This document shows positions 39,204 through 50,290 of a stretch of 64,000 bases of DNA, in pieces. The translations under genes and the position numbers were made by a program. The notes under the pieces are model-generated. The model was given only the letters and a program-made list of their open reading frames with translations. It was not told where the DNA came from and searched no databases. The stretch lies in the NCBI GenBank assembly GCA_963708025.1, contig CAVPSB010000018.1, positions 1-64,000 of the forward strand, given 5' to 3'. Positions within the stretch are counted from its first letter, which is position 1, and each line of letters begins with the position of its first letter. This DNA comes from an uncultured Candidatus Rokubacteria bacterium. GTDB taxonomy: Bacteria; Methylomirabilota; Methylomirabilia; Rokubacteriales; DASRDR01.

Positions 39204-41135
39204 TCAGGCGTTCGGACCGGGCGTGCCGCCGTCCGGGTCGGGGCGGTCCGACTCCTGCTGCGCTACCAGCGCGGCGGTGACCACCAGGGCCATTTCCGCG
39301 ACGGTGGATGCCTCCAGGAGCGCCAGGGTAGGCGCCTCGACGCCGAGGATCTGCCTGACCCGGGAGACCAGTCGCCCGGCCGCCAGCGAATCCCCGCCGA
39401 TCTCCGAGAACCGATCCCGCACGCCCACCCGCTCCAAACCGAGCACGTCCGCCCAGAGTCCCGCCACCAGCACCTCCACGGGCGACTGCGGCTCCAGGTA
39501 TGGCGCCTCCAGTTCCGGACGTTCGCGCGGCGGCGTGGGGAGCGCGCGCCGATCGATCTTGCCGGTTCGAGTCCGCGGCAAGCTGTCAACGATCACGATC
39601 ACGGCCGGGACCATCCAGGCCGGCAAGCGGGCCGCCACGTGGGCGCGAAGCGCGGTCACTGAGGGCCCCGGCCGTGCCGAAGGGCGCACGTACGCCACGA
39701 GCCGCGATCCGCCGCCGCTATCCCACGCGACCACCGCGGCCTCGTGTACCCCGGCGACCTCGCCCAGCGCGAACTCGATCTCCAGAGGCTCGATCCGGTA
39801 TCCCCGAATCTTGATCTGCTCGTCCTGCCGCCCGCGAAGCACCAGGCACCCGTCGGCTTCGATGGCGCCGACATCGCCCGTTCGGTAGATCCGCGCGCCG
39901 CCCCCTCGGAAGTCGGGCTGGAAGGCACCGGCCGTCAGGTCGGGTCTCCGCCAGTAGCCCGGGGAGAGAAACGCGCTCCGGACCGCGATCTCACCCTCCC
40001 GTGCGGACGCCGACACGCACCCCTCGTCGTCCAGCACCAGGAGCTCGGTGCCGGGCACCGCGTACCCCGCCGGCACCATCGCGGACGCCAGGATCGTGGT
40101 GCCGTCGATGAAGTACTGGCTGACGCGGCCCGTCTCCGAGATCGACAGGCCGACACTCAGCACCGCATCCGGCGCCAGGTGCCGCTGGAACCCCTCGACG
40201 TCGCGGCGAAAGATCGGCTCGCTTCCCACCCGCACCAGCCGGAGCGCCGGGAAGCGGGTCGTGCCGTCGAGGGTCCCGATGAATTCTCGAAAGAGGCTCG
40301 CCCCGGCGCTCAGTACGGTGATCCCGTGCTCGGACAGCCACGGCGTCAGGCGCCCGAGTCCCTCCCGGCGCGGGTCGTACGGGAAGAGCGACGCCCCGTT
40401 GAGCACGCTTCCGAAGAGATGCCAGACGGACCCGTTCCCGCTCGGGTGAATGAGCTGGGAGAGGCGGTCCTCGGCACACAGGTGGTGCGTGTTCGTGTAC
40501 TCCCGGATGCCGTGCATCACCATGCGGTGCGTGTACAGGATCCCCTTCGGGGTGCCCGTCGAGCCCGATGTGTAGACCACGTACGCCGGGCGCTCCGGCG
40601 CAATAGCGCCCCTCGGGGAGCCGGGGTCGTCCCCGACGGCGAGCGGAGCGAGGTCGATCGTCGGCATCCCGTCCGCCACCTGGGCGGCGAGGGTCGCGTG
40701 ATCGGTGTCGGTCACGAGAAGCCCGGCGGCGGCGCCGTGCAGCATGTCGGCGATCCGCGCCGGCGGCAGCGACGGATCCAGGACCATGTAGAAGCCGCCC
40801 GCCTTCAGCACCCCCAGCACGGCCCCGGAGAGCGCGGCATCGTTCGCGAGGAGCACCGCGACCGGGACCGCGACGGGGGCTCGATCGCGGACTGCCCGGG
40901 CAACCCGATTCGCCAGCGCGTCCAACTCCCGGTACGTGAGCCGGGACCGGCCGCTGCAGACCGCGACTCGAGGCCCGTGCCGCGCGACCATCGTCTCGAA
41001 GCGATCGACGATCGAGACTTCCGCGTCCGTGTCGGCGAACTCGGTGAACGGGGCGCCGGGGTGGATGCACCGGGCGTGGATCGCCCGCTGCGCCGGCGGG
41101 AGATAGGCCGCGTGAGCGTCACAGCGAACCGGCAT
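39204..41135 (-). CDS. Stand-alone NRPS-like adenylation-thiolation didomain
   Basis: YTSGSTGTPKG, YRTGD, KIRGYRIE, TGKIDR, PCP motif GGDSL. Confidence 0.9.
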   Translation of the reverse strand: MPVRCDAHAAYLPPAQRAIHARCIHPGAPFTEFADTDAEVSIVDRFETMVARHGPRVAVCSGRSRLTYRELDALANRVARAVRDRAPVAVPVAVLLANDAALSGAVLGVLKAGGFYMVLDPSLPPARIADMLHGAAAGLLVTDTDHATLAAQVADGMPTIDLAPLAVGDDPGSPRGAIAPERPAYVVYTSGSTGTPKGILYTHRMVMHGIREYTNTHHLCAEDRLSQLIHPSGNGSVWHLFGSVLNGASLFPYDPRREGLGRLTPWLSEHGITVLSAGASLFREFIGTLDGTTRFPALRLVRVGSEPIFRRDVEGFQRHLAPDAVLSVGLSISETGRVSQYFIDGTTILASAMVPAGYAVPGTELLVLDDEGCVSASAREGEIAVRSAFLSPGYWRRPDLTAGAFQPDFRGGGARIYRTGDVGAIEADGCLVLRGRQDEQIKIRGYRIEPLEIEFALGEVAGVHEAAVVAWDSGGGSRLVAYVRPSARPGPSVTALRAHVAARLPAWMVPAVIVIVDSLPRTRTGKIDRRALPTPPRERPELEAPYLEPQSPVEVLVAGLWADVLGLERVGVRDRFSEIGGDSLAAGRLVSRVRQILGVEAPTLALLEASTVAEMALVVTAALVAQQESDRPDPDGGTPGPNA

Positions 41136-41439
41136 GTCCGTCACTGGTCCGGGCGGCGGACGAGGTCGCCACCTCGGCCGGCCGCGTTGCCGGTGGTGTC
41201 CGGCGTGAAGGAGCCGCGCCGTGCACGTTTTCTGGCCCCCTTCCCCCGGCCGGTCATCCCGCTCGCTCCGTGCCCACCGTGCCCAGACTGTATCGCACCG
41301 CCGTCTTGCCCGGCAAGGGCGCCGGCATCGCGGGGATGGGGACCGGAACCCGTTGCTGACCGGACACGGGCGCGCTCGACCCTCGGACATCGCCGTCGCC
41401 GTGAAGTGGCTCCATGCCGCGTGCGCGATGCTTTGTGCG

Positions 41440-41617
41440 ATGCCGCCATTGCGGCCTCAACGAGGGCCGTCCGCAGGTGCACGTTGCCTTTGCGGACGCC
41501 CGCGCGCTTGCGCTTACCGGCGCTCTCGTTATTGTCGGGACACACACCCGCCCACGCCGCGGCGTGCGGGGCGCGGCGAAACACGGTCATGTCCGTCCCC
41601 AATTCGGCCACGATCAC
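41440..41617 (-). pseudogene. IS110-family transposase fragment
   Basis: IVAELG.DM..F...AWAGVCP.NNESAGK...GN.HLR.ALVEAA. Confidence 0.8.
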
Positions 41618-41639
41618 CGCCGCGACGACCCGGCCGGCA

Positions 41640-42099
41640 GACGCTCTACCTGGTCACGCTCGGCTTCGCCGCGGGGTCGATCGCCGTCATGGGCTTCGTC
41701 TGCGAGGCGACGGAGGTGGGCCGGGCCTTCCGGGCGATCCGGGAGGACGAGGTGCTGGCCGAGAGCCTCGGGATCAACACGACCGGGTACAAGCTCCTGG
41801 CGTTCGCGCTCAGCTCGGCGTTCGCCGGGCTGGCCGGCACGCTCTATGCCTACGACGTCCAGCTCGTCAGCCCGTCGGTGGCGTCGGCGGCGATGACCTC
41901 CCTCGTCATCGGCATGGCCGTGTTCGGCGGCCTGGGGACGATCTGGGGGCCGGTCCTGGGCGCACTCCTGCTCTTCTCGGTCAGCGAGGGCCTGCGGTTC
42001 GTCGGCGTGGTCTATAATCTCGTCGCGGTCGGCCTGGTGATCGTGCTCTTCGTGATCTTCCTCCCGCGGGGCCTGGCCGGTCTGAGGCCCGTAGCATGA
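41640..42099 (+). pseudogene. Branched-chain amino acid ABC permease (LivM-like) C-terminal fragment
   Basis: GRAFRAIREDE..AESLGIN...YKL.AF; GGLGTIWGP. Confidence 0.8.
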
Positions 42100-42109
42100 G
42101 CGTGACCGA

Positions 42110-42930
42110 AGCGTTGAGTGCCCCGGAGACGAGGTGTCGCGGCGGGCTGTTCTCTCAGCGCGGCCGTGCGGGGATCGCGCAGGCGCAGGATCGACACGGC
42201 CGCCTGGACGAGCAACCAGCGCATCCGGGTATTGCCCGCCTTGGTGATCCGGCCGCGCCGTTGGCTCTCCCCCGAGCTCAGCTCCCTCGGGACGAGGCCG
42301 AGATACGCCTCCACCTCATGTGCCCGGCGAAAGCGCTGCGCGTCATCGATCGTGGCCACGAAGGCCGCCGCCGTGACCGGCCCCACGCTGGGGATGGTCT
42401 GCAAGCGCTGCACGCGCGTATCCGGGCGCGTGACGTGCTCGATCACCGCGTCCGAGTGGGCGAGCTGCTGATCGACGAGCCGCATCACCGCCAGCAAGGG
42501 CGCCACCTCCGAGAGCAGGCGGCCCGGCGGCGACAGCGCCATCACCCGCCGACTGAGAGTCTCCGCACTCCCCGTGGGCACGCGCCAGCCGTGCCGGCGC
42601 AGCAACGCCCGGGTCAGGGCGATGTATCCGGTGCGCGTCCGGACCACGGCATCGCGCACCGCCAAGCGGCCCCGGACATGCCGCTGCGCGTCGGACAGCC
42701 GATGGGCGGGGCGATACGCGCCGAGCAGACAGGCCTCCTGTAGCGCCCGGGCATCCCGCCGATCGGTCTTGACCTTCCGGGTCCGCGTGGCATACATCGG
42801 CGCGAAGTTCGGGTCCGCCACCACGACCTCGTGGCCCAAGGCCTCGAGGCACCGCGCCACCCATTCACTCTCCGTCGAGGCTTCGACGAGGATCCGGGCT
42901 CGCGGCCGGCCGCCCAACACCGCCGCGAAC
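42110..42930 (-). pseudogene. IS110-family transposase lacking both termini
   Basis: EAST, KTDRRDA, IPSVGP.TA, YLGLVP...SSG, ITKAGN. Confidence 0.88.
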
Positions 42931-43081
42931 GGCTGGGGCCTAAGGCGGCCACGCGCCATTTGGGATCCCATCACCGCGGTGCTCCCTCGATAAATGACGG
43001 ATCCCGGGGCGGCGGCGCATTCAGCGCATGCCACGCAGCCCCCTGGACCGCCTACCACGGTGTGTCCCACCACCGGAGGAC

Positions 43082-43342
43082 CTAACCGACCCAGGGCCTG
43101 AAGACATGGTCCCGGTGCAAGAACGTCGCGCGCCAGCCCTCGGGATCACTGGTGAGAGCCAGGTCGTAGCCGTGGCGGACCATGCCGGTGGTGATCGCGC
43201 CGATGCCCGTCCATGTATTCAGCCAGCGCCGGAGCGCGTGAAGGGCGGGCGGGACTGGCTCCGGTATGCGGACCAGCCTGAAGCCTAACAGTGGAGAAGG
43301 GTCGGTATTTCCATCCGGTTGGGAATGGCCTCCGCCGTCCAT
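43082..43342 (-). CDS. Hypothetical protein or fragment
   Basis: Protein-like stretch LRRWLNTWTGIG.I..GM...GYDL.LT...GWRATF; termini uncertain. Confidence 0.35.
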   Translation of the reverse strand: MDGGGHSQPDGNTDPSPLLGFRLVRIPEPVPPALHALRRWLNTWTGIGAITTGMVRHGYDLALTSDPEGWRATFLHRDHVFRPWVG

Positions 43343-43679
43343 GCCCAGGTCAGCCGGCTGCTCGCGGCCGTCCTCACGGCCGGCGACGGCGCGATCGCGA
43401 CCGAGGGCCAGCTCGACGCGCTGCTGGAGTCCGTGGTGGCGCGCGTCGTGGCGCGCAGCAGCGGGCTGCGCGCAACACGTTCACTGCGGATTCGAGGTGT
43501 CAACCAAGGACCAACCCTTGCTCGTGCTCAAGCCGACCGGTACAGAACGCTCTATCCGGACCGGAAGTCCTGGGAGCTGACCAAGCTTTGAGTCCCGTCC
43601 GTTGACACGAGGGTCGACGCCAGTCTATCATCCCGTCCGCCCCACCCGCCCGCCGCCGCGGGCGCGGGTCGGAGCCGCG

Positions 43680-44186
43680 ATGACGGTCGCCAAGATCTTC
43701 CCGCTCCACGATCTCGCCCGGAGGCTGGAGGCCTCGCGGCGAGCCGGCCTCAAGATCGTCCAGTGCCACGGGTGCTTCGACCTGATGCACATCGGGCACA
43801 TCCGGCACCTCCAGGCCGCGCGCGCGATGGGTGACCTGCTGGTCGTAACGGTGACGGCCGACGCCCACGTGGCCAAGGGCGAGGGCCGGCCCGCCTTCAC
43901 CGAGGCCCTGCGGGCCGAGGCGCTCGCGGCACTGGTCTGCGTCGACCTCGTGGCCATCAGTCCCTGGCCCACGGCGGTGGAAGCGATTCAGCTGCTCAGG
44001 CCGGACTACTACGTCAAGGGGCAGGCCGGAGAGGAACCCACTCGGCGCAGCGCCCGACTCCAGCAGGAGATCGCGACGGTCCGCGAGCTGGGCGGCGACG
44101 TGCGCTTCACCCACGAGGCCGAATTCTCCTCCACCGCGCTGCTTGACGCGCATTTCCGCGGGCCCGACGACCGGGCCTCGGCGTGA
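43680..44186 (+). CDS. Cytidylyl/adenylyltransferase (HldE/RfaE-II-like)
   Basis: HGCFDLMHIGH (HIGH), KG.GRP, YVKG, FSST. Confidence 0.88.
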   Translation: MTVAKIFPLHDLARRLEASRRAGLKIVQCHGCFDLMHIGHIRHLQAARAMGDLLVVTVTADAHVAKGEGRPAFTEALRAEALAALVCVDLVAISPWPTAVEAIQLLRPDYYVKGQAGEEPTRRSARLQQEIATVRELGGDVRFTHEAEFSSTALLDAHFRGPDDRASA

Positions 44187-45250
44187 CGGGGCTTCCGGGC
44201 GGTCGCGCGCCGGGCGATCCCGGGGCGCGCCGCTTCCTCGAGGGCTTCCGGGCGCGGCACGCCGCCGGCGTGGTGCGCGACGCGCTGGCCGCGCTCCGGA
44301 CGCTCAAGGTTCTCGTCATCGGCGAGGCGATCATCGACGAGTACCGCTACTGCGTGCCCCTGGGCAAGGCGCCCAAGGAGCCGGCCATCTCCTCGAAGCA
44401 CGTCCGGCTCGAACGTCACGCGGGCGGGGCCCTGGCGTGCGCGAACCACGTGGCCGGGTTCTGCGGCGCGGTCGACCTGGTGACCGGCCTCGGCGCCGCC
44501 GACCCTCAGGAGGCGTTCATCCGCGGCCGGCTCAAACCGAACGTCAGGCCGCGGTTCTTCGTCCGCGAGGGCGCCCCGACCATCACCAAGCGCCGTTACG
44601 TCACGGAGCCGCGGCTTCTCAAGCTGTTCGAGGTCGCCGAGATGGATGACACGCCCCTGCCCGCCGCCCTCGAGAACCAGATGCTCGCGCATCTCGAGGC
44701 GGCGCTGCCCGCGTACGACCTCGTCATCGTCGCCGACTATGGCCACGGCTTCCTCGGTCCGCGCACCGTGGACCTGCTCGCCGCGCGTGCCCGGTACCTG
44801 GCGGTGAACACGCAGGCCAATCCCGGGAACCTCGGCTTCCACGTGATCACGCGGTATCCGCGCGCCGACTACCTGTGCATCGACGAGGGCGAGGCCCGGC
44901 TCGCCACGCGCGACCGCTGGAGCCCGGTGGCGGTGCTGGCCAGCGCGCTGCGGGCGCGCGTCAAGTGCTCCGCGATGTCCGTGACCCTGGCTCACGAGGG
45001 GGTACTGGTGTCGGGTCCGGATGGGACCGCGTGGGAGGTGCCCGCGCTCACGCGCGACGTCGTGGACCGGATGGGGGCGGGGGACGCGTACCTGGCGGTC
45101 TCATCCCCGTGCGCGGCCGCCAGGCTGCCCCTGGAGGTGGTGGCGCTGCTGGGCAGCGCGGCGGGCGCTCTGGCGGTGCGGATCGTCGGCAATCGCTCGG
45201 CCGTCGAGCCTGCCGCCGTCGAGCGCCTCCTCGCCGAGCTGCTGCCCTGA
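44183..45250 (+). CDS. PfkB-family sugar kinase (HldE/RfaE-I-like)
   Basis: VLVIGE.IIDEY, DYGHG, DRMGAGD. Confidence 0.88.
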   Translation: MTGLPGGRAPGDPGARRFLEGFRARHAAGVVRDALAALRTLKVLVIGEAIIDEYRYCVPLGKAPKEPAISSKHVRLERHAGGALACANHVAGFCGAVDLVTGLGAADPQEAFIRGRLKPNVRPRFFVREGAPTITKRRYVTEPRLLKLFEVAEMDDTPLPAALENQMLAHLEAALPAYDLVIVADYGHGFLGPRTVDLLAARARYLAVNTQANPGNLGFHVITRYPRADYLCIDEGEARLATRDRWSPVAVLASALRARVKCSAMSVTLAHEGVLVSGPDGTAWEVPALTRDVVDRMGAGDAYLAVSSPCAAARLPLEVVALLGSAAGALAVRIVGNRSAVEPAAVERLLAELLP

Positions 45251-45269
45251 GACCGCGCGAGGAGCATGC

Positions 45270-46226
45270 ATGCCGCACGTGAGCGTCGCGATCTCGACCT
45301 GGAACCGGGCCCACCTCGTGGGCCGGGCCATCCGGAGCGCCCTGGCCCAGACGTTCGAGGATTTCGAGCTGCTCGTCGTCGACGACGGGTTGACCGACGC
45401 CACACCCGAGGTGCTGGCGGGCGTGGACGATGGGCGTCTTCGCCGGGTCCGGCACGAGCGGAACTACGGGGTCAGCCGCACGCGGAACACCGCGCTCGGG
45501 CTGGCTCGGGGCGAGTGGCTGGCCTACCTCGACGACGACAACGAGTGGGCACCGGACTACCTCGAGCGACAGCTCGCCTTCGCGGCGTCGCGGCCCGGGG
45601 CCGGCGTGGCGTACTGTCGCGCGCGCCAGCGCCACGCGCCGTCCGGCTCGGAGGTCGAGCGCGGCGAGCTGAGGCAGGGTCGGGTGTTCTGCGACCTGGT
45701 AGAGGGATGGAACCCGTTCGTGTCGAGCGCGCTGATCCGCCGGGCGGTTCTGCTCGAGGCCGGCGGGTTCGACGAGCGGCTGCGCGCCTCGGAGGACCAC
45801 GACCTCTGGATGCGCCTGGCGCAGCGCACGGAATTCGCCGGTGCGAGCGACGCGCTCCTGATCCGCCACGTGCGCCATGGCCCCCAGCTTACCTACAACC
45901 CCGAGTTCCATGCTCGGGACACCGCCATCCTCGCCGGGAAGTGGCGGGACGCCATCACGGTGGCGTGCGGGCGCCGGGCCTATCGGCGCTGGCAGCTGTG
46001 GCTGGTGCTGTGGGCGGAGCGGTGCCGCGTGGAGCGCGCGGCGGAGCGCGGCGGGGGGGAGCGCGTCGCCGCCGCGCGCTCGGCCGGACGGCTGCTCCGG
46101 CTCTTCCCCGAGTCGGCGCCGCACGTGGCCGAGGCGCTTGGCGTGGCGATCCTCGGCTCGCGGAGCCGGCTCAGCTGGTATCGCTACCGCGCGCGCAAGG
46201 CCCTGGGCCTGTCCGCGACTCGCTGA
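45270..46226 (+). CDS. Family 2 glycosyltransferase
   Basis: TWNRA, VVDDG, RN.AL..A.GEW.AYLDDD, EDHDLW. Confidence 0.9.
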   Translation: MPHVSVAISTWNRAHLVGRAIRSALAQTFEDFELLVVDDGLTDATPEVLAGVDDGRLRRVRHERNYGVSRTRNTALGLARGEWLAYLDDDNEWAPDYLERQLAFAASRPGAGVAYCRARQRHAPSGSEVERGELRQGRVFCDLVEGWNPFVSSALIRRAVLLEAGGFDERLRASEDHDLWMRLAQRTEFAGASDALLIRHVRHGPQLTYNPEFHARDTAILAGKWRDAITVACGRRAYRRWQLWLVLWAERCRVERAAERGGGERVAAARSAGRLLRLFPESAPHVAEALGVAILGSRSRLSWYRYRARKALGLSATR

Positions 46227-47170
46227 GCGGTCCCCGCGCCCGGACATGACCACCGAGGTCCGCGTCGCGCTGATCGGCTACGGCCTGGCCGGCGCGGTCT
46301 TCCCACGCACCCACGATCGCGGCCACGGCGGCGCGCGTCGTCGATCGAGTTTCAGGCGCCGGGTGGGGTAGCGTGGGACCTGAGGAGTCGAACGAGGCGG
46401 TGAGCGGTCGGGACGTCATCACGTGGCTGGTCGGCTTCATGGTGGTCGGCGTGATCGTCTGGTCGGTCACCGCGTGGGTCTCCGGCCGCCAGCGCCCGTG
46501 ACGCTGGAGGGTCAGCTCAAGGCCGCAGCCGAGGCGGGGGCAGCGGGTCATGGCGCCACCGGCCGCTGGCCGACCCGCCAGCCTTGATCGCGCGGGTGGT
46601 CAAGCTGGACCACGCCGTCTGGTGGCCGCGTCGCGAAGCCGCCAGAGACTACGACGCCTTGCCCTTCGAGGCGGGAGAGACGCACCATAGCCCGCGCGAT
46701 GCGGCACCACCACCAACGCAGCAGCCGCGCAGCTAACTGCCCGGGTTTTCGACGCTTCCGGTTGGCATAGCGGTTGCTCGTCTCGTAGTGGGGCCCGGCG
46801 ACCAGCACGACTGGTTCCCTGAGGGCGCCGTGGACCTTCGTTGCGCAGGAGGTAGGAGGTCGGGATGAGCAGGGTTTCGCCGAACGAGTCATCCTCTCAA
46901 TGGTCACCATCCTGGGAGTCTCGCTGGTCGGGAGCGGGTGGGCCCCAAGTGATCATGTTCAGATCGGACGATCGACACTGGTGGGCCACATTCATCCGCT
47001 GGCTTGCGACCGGATTCGCCTGAGTGGGTCATGGGTTCGAGCCGCCACGCCCGGCGGCCGTCGCCCGCCGTCGCAAACCATCACCTTTGCGCCAGCACAG
47101 GGGGTCTGGCCGGAGGGGGCGTTTGGCGGGGAGTTGAGGGCCTGCCTGCCGCGAGGATTTGCGACGGCCC

Positions 47171-47443
47171 CTACCGAACGGCCAGGGCCCGACTCACGGC
47201 ACTGGGATGGACGTGGAGCGCCCGGGCGACCGCCCGGAGCGAGAGCCCCCCGCTGAGCAGCTGACGCGCGGCATCTGCCGCCACATGGTAGCGGCGCGGA
47301 CGGCCGAGCCTCCGGCGCTGTGCTCGTGCTCGTCGGATCCCAGCCACCACCCGCTCACGGATCAGATCCCGCTCGAACTCCGCGATAGCCGCCAGCACGT
47401 GGAAGAGCAGGCGGCCGGCCGGGGTCGTCGTGTCGATGGTCAT
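47171..47443 (-). pseudogene. Serine recombinase (resolvase) C-terminal fragment
   Basis: IDTTTPAGRL.F....IAEFERDLIRER...GRP plus HTH; catalytic N-terminus missing. Confidence 0.85.
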
Positions 47444-47881
47444 GGTCCCTTGCCTCCGAGAAGGCGTCGTCAGGGAATAAGTGACCGGTTCCAAGGGCCA
47501 AGCGGATAGACTGCGAGTGCCGATTCTCGGCCTCCCCGGACACGCTGGACTCAGATGATTCGTTCACTTATTTCCTGACACCGCCTTAGGTCCCGTCACT
47601 CTGGCCAGCGGTACCACAGGACGTGCGCGCCTCGCCTGCGGGTTCACCGTGAGCTCCTCCGGACCATGGCCCGACGCTACCGCCGGAAGGCTGAACGCAA
47701 GTTGGCGGTCGAGCGGCCGGGTCTCTCCTAGCCTCGTCCACATTTCGGCCCTCCTGCTCGAGTCCGGCCCGCCAAAGTAGGCCGGCCGCCTCCCCGGCCT
47801 CGTCGGCCAACATTTCCCCTCGTAACACTACCGCGTTCGCCGTTCTCGCCGTGCCACTCTACGCGCACACGGAGGGGAACA

Positions 47882-48064
47882 ATGATGCAGACAAAGACAT
47901 GGACCCAGCTCTACACCGTGCGCGAGATTGCCCAGGCGACGCGGCTCAGCGAGCGCGCGATCCGTATCGCCATCGCGGACGGCCGCCTCCGGGTTCTGCG
48001 GCCTGGGGGGCTGCGCCGCGTGCGGGTCAGCGAGCAGGAGCTCCAGCGGTTCATCAAGGCGTAG
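47882..48064 (+). CDS. Excisionase-like HTH DNA-binding protein
   Basis: GGAGG RBS; LYTVREIA....S.R.IR..I..GRL...RV...EL.RF. Confidence 0.8.
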   Translation: MMQTKTWTQLYTVREIAQATRLSERAIRIAIADGRLRVLRPGGLRRVRVSEQELQRFIKA

Positions 48065-48198
48065 CCATGAGGGGTCGCATGATCTGGCGCGTGCTCGCGG
48101 CCCTCGGCCTGCTCCTGCTGGCGGCGCTCGGCGGCGTAGGGCGCGTGCGGGGCAGGGCGTGAGCCCCGATCCCTCGCCCGGCACGGTCCGACGCGATC

Positions 48199-48435
48199 CT
48201 AGGGGCCGGAACGGCGCGCTGGCCGGAGTCTGGAGGAGCGCCGCGTGGCGGAGACGACGATGTGAGCGGTCCGCGTCGAGTCGCCGGCCTGATCCCAGGC
48301 CACGGTCACGAACTGGCCGACCTCGAGGCCCATCAGCAGCCCCAGGGCATCGAGTTGGTAGGTGATCCTCGCGACCCGGATGGTTTGCGCCGCGACGTCG
48401 ATCGCCTCGAGGGTGCCGATGGTCAAGCCGTGCAT
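48199..48435 (-). CDS. Small hypothetical protein
   Basis: Beta-rich G.LEAID.....I....Y.....GL.VG..V.V pattern. Confidence 0.45.
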   Translation of the reverse strand: MHGLTIGTLEAIDVAAQTIRVARITYQLDALGLLMGLEVGQFVTVAWDQAGDSTRTAHIVVSATRRSSRLRPARRSGP

Positions 48436-48558
48436 GATGGGAGCCTCACGGCCCGCCCGTGAGGAAGAAAGCCCAGCGCCAGGCCGAGGGGGATCAGCCC
48501 CCCGATGATCGCGGCGGCTTCGTGGAGAGTCTGCCATCCCATCCCGTTGACGAGTGGG

Positions 48559-48780
48559 TCAGGCGGCGGCGGCTTCGGGGTTGCCTCGTGTGTCGGTTCG
48601 CTGGAGCTCTTGGAGGGCCAGCTTCAGCTCCAGTTGGGCTCGTTCGATGTCACCGCCCGCTTCCCGGGCACACGACCGAGCCGCGCCGGCCAGGTAAATG
48701 ACGCGATTCAGACTGCCCTCGGCGTTGCGAAGCGCCTCGATCGCGCGAACGATGCGAGCGGCCGTGGCCGTCGTGTTCAT
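48559..48780 (-). CDS. Small helical hypothetical protein
   Basis: GGAGG RBS + ATG (MNTTATAA). Confidence 0.5.
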   Translation of the reverse strand: MNTTATAARIVRAIEALRNAEGSLNRVIYLAGAARSCAREAGGDIERAQLELKLALQELQRTDTRGNPEAAAA

Positions 48781-49252
48781 GAGGCCCTCCCCTGTGTGGC
48801 TCCAGTGAGCGACGAGACGACCCGAGCCGGAAGAGAGCCGCGTGGGAGGCGCTCGGGTTCCAAGGGAGAATCGGGCTCCCCCGGAGATCGCCCCCCACGC
48901 GGACCCGGCCTTGTGGAACGCAAGCGGCATGCCCAGCCGCCCCGTTGCTCGGAACGTTGTTGGAGTGGGCCGCCGGGCCAGGGCTTTTCCGGGCCGGCGA
49001 GGGCGGTGCCCGCCGGGATCCCCTGTGCACGTCGTTGCTGACAGTGACCAATCCGGCGGTCAGGGACTTGAAAGGCGGCGGTCGTTCCGACACCCCGGTG
49101 GGCGGCTCACCTCCGGCGCGGTTGGGGAGCCGTAAGCGGCCCGTAGGCGGGCTTTCCAGGCTGGAGGTGCGCCGGCTCGCTCTGACGGCCATTCAGTTGG
49201 GCCAGCGCGGCCGGGCGGCGCTCCGGGGGCGGGCCAATGGGGCGGCCGGGCG

Positions 49253-50290
49253 GTGAGAGCGCGGACGGCCCCCCGGGCCGAGACGCGAGAGAGCGTCGCC
49301 CGATTCTTTGATGCGCTCTTCGCTAGCGCTCGCGGGCTGATAGAGCTGCGCGCCTTCCCGAGCAAGTCGCGGCTGTTCGCCCCACTCGACGCACCGGAAC
49401 GCCTTCTCGACTTCCTCGCTGAGCGCGTGCCCGGCGAGGACGTGTACTTCGGGGTCGCGGCGCGGAAGGATGCGACCAGCGGGGCACTGGAGAACTGCAC
49501 CACGCTCGGCGCGATCTTCACCGACATCGACTTCAAGATGACCCCCGAGGCCGAGGCCCGGCGCCGGCTGGCCGAGTTCCCGCTCGCCCCAACGCTCATC
49601 GTCCGGTCCGGGCACGGCCTGCATGCCTACTACTGCCTCCGCGAACCGCTCGACCTCACAGCCGACGCGGCTCGCGCCCGCGCGATCCTGGTCGGCCTGG
49701 CGGCGGCCCTCGGAGGCGATCGGAGCGCGGCCGAGCCCGCCAGGATTCTCCGCGTGCCCGGCACCGTGAACCGAAAGGCGGAGCCGGTTCCCGTGGCGCT
49801 CGAGTTGTGCGAGCCGACGCGGCGCTACAACCCGTCGGAGCTGGAGGAGTGGCTTCCTGCGCTCGAGACAGCACGCGGGAACGGGTTTCATGCCGAGCCC
49901 GCCGTCGGCGTAGGAGAGCGGCACCTCTACCTGTATCGACTCGCCCGATCGCTGAAGTACAAGGGCCTGGGTCTGGCGGTTGTCCTGGCGGCGACCCGGG
50001 CCGAGAACGCGGAGCACTGCGCGCCGCCCTTGCCGGATGGCGAAGTCGAGCGACAGGTACAGAGCGCGTTCGCCCAGGCGGACCGCCCCGGGTTCGAGCC
50101 GCGGGACATCCGTGTGGAGACGGACAGAACCCCGGCGGGGCCGGCGGCCGCCGGGCCGGAGTGGCCGGTGCTGGCGCCAGAGGCGCTCCACGGACCGGCC
50201 GGGCGCATCGTGGAGGCCATCGCGCCGCGCTCCGAGGCTGACCCGGTCGCGATTCTTCTGCACACCCTCGTCGGGGCCGGGAGTCTCCTG
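49253..50290 (+). CDS. RepB-type primase with PriCT-like domain (5' part of a broken primase-helicase gene)
   Basis: DVYFGV, DID, SGHGLHAYY, RILRVPGT.N.K, G.RH..L...N...C.PPL...EV. Confidence 0.8.

Noticed and set aside
42940-43080. IS110 bridge-RNA or non-coding end
   Set aside because: Some hairpin potential, but element ends cannot be defined by eye and the transposase is truncated
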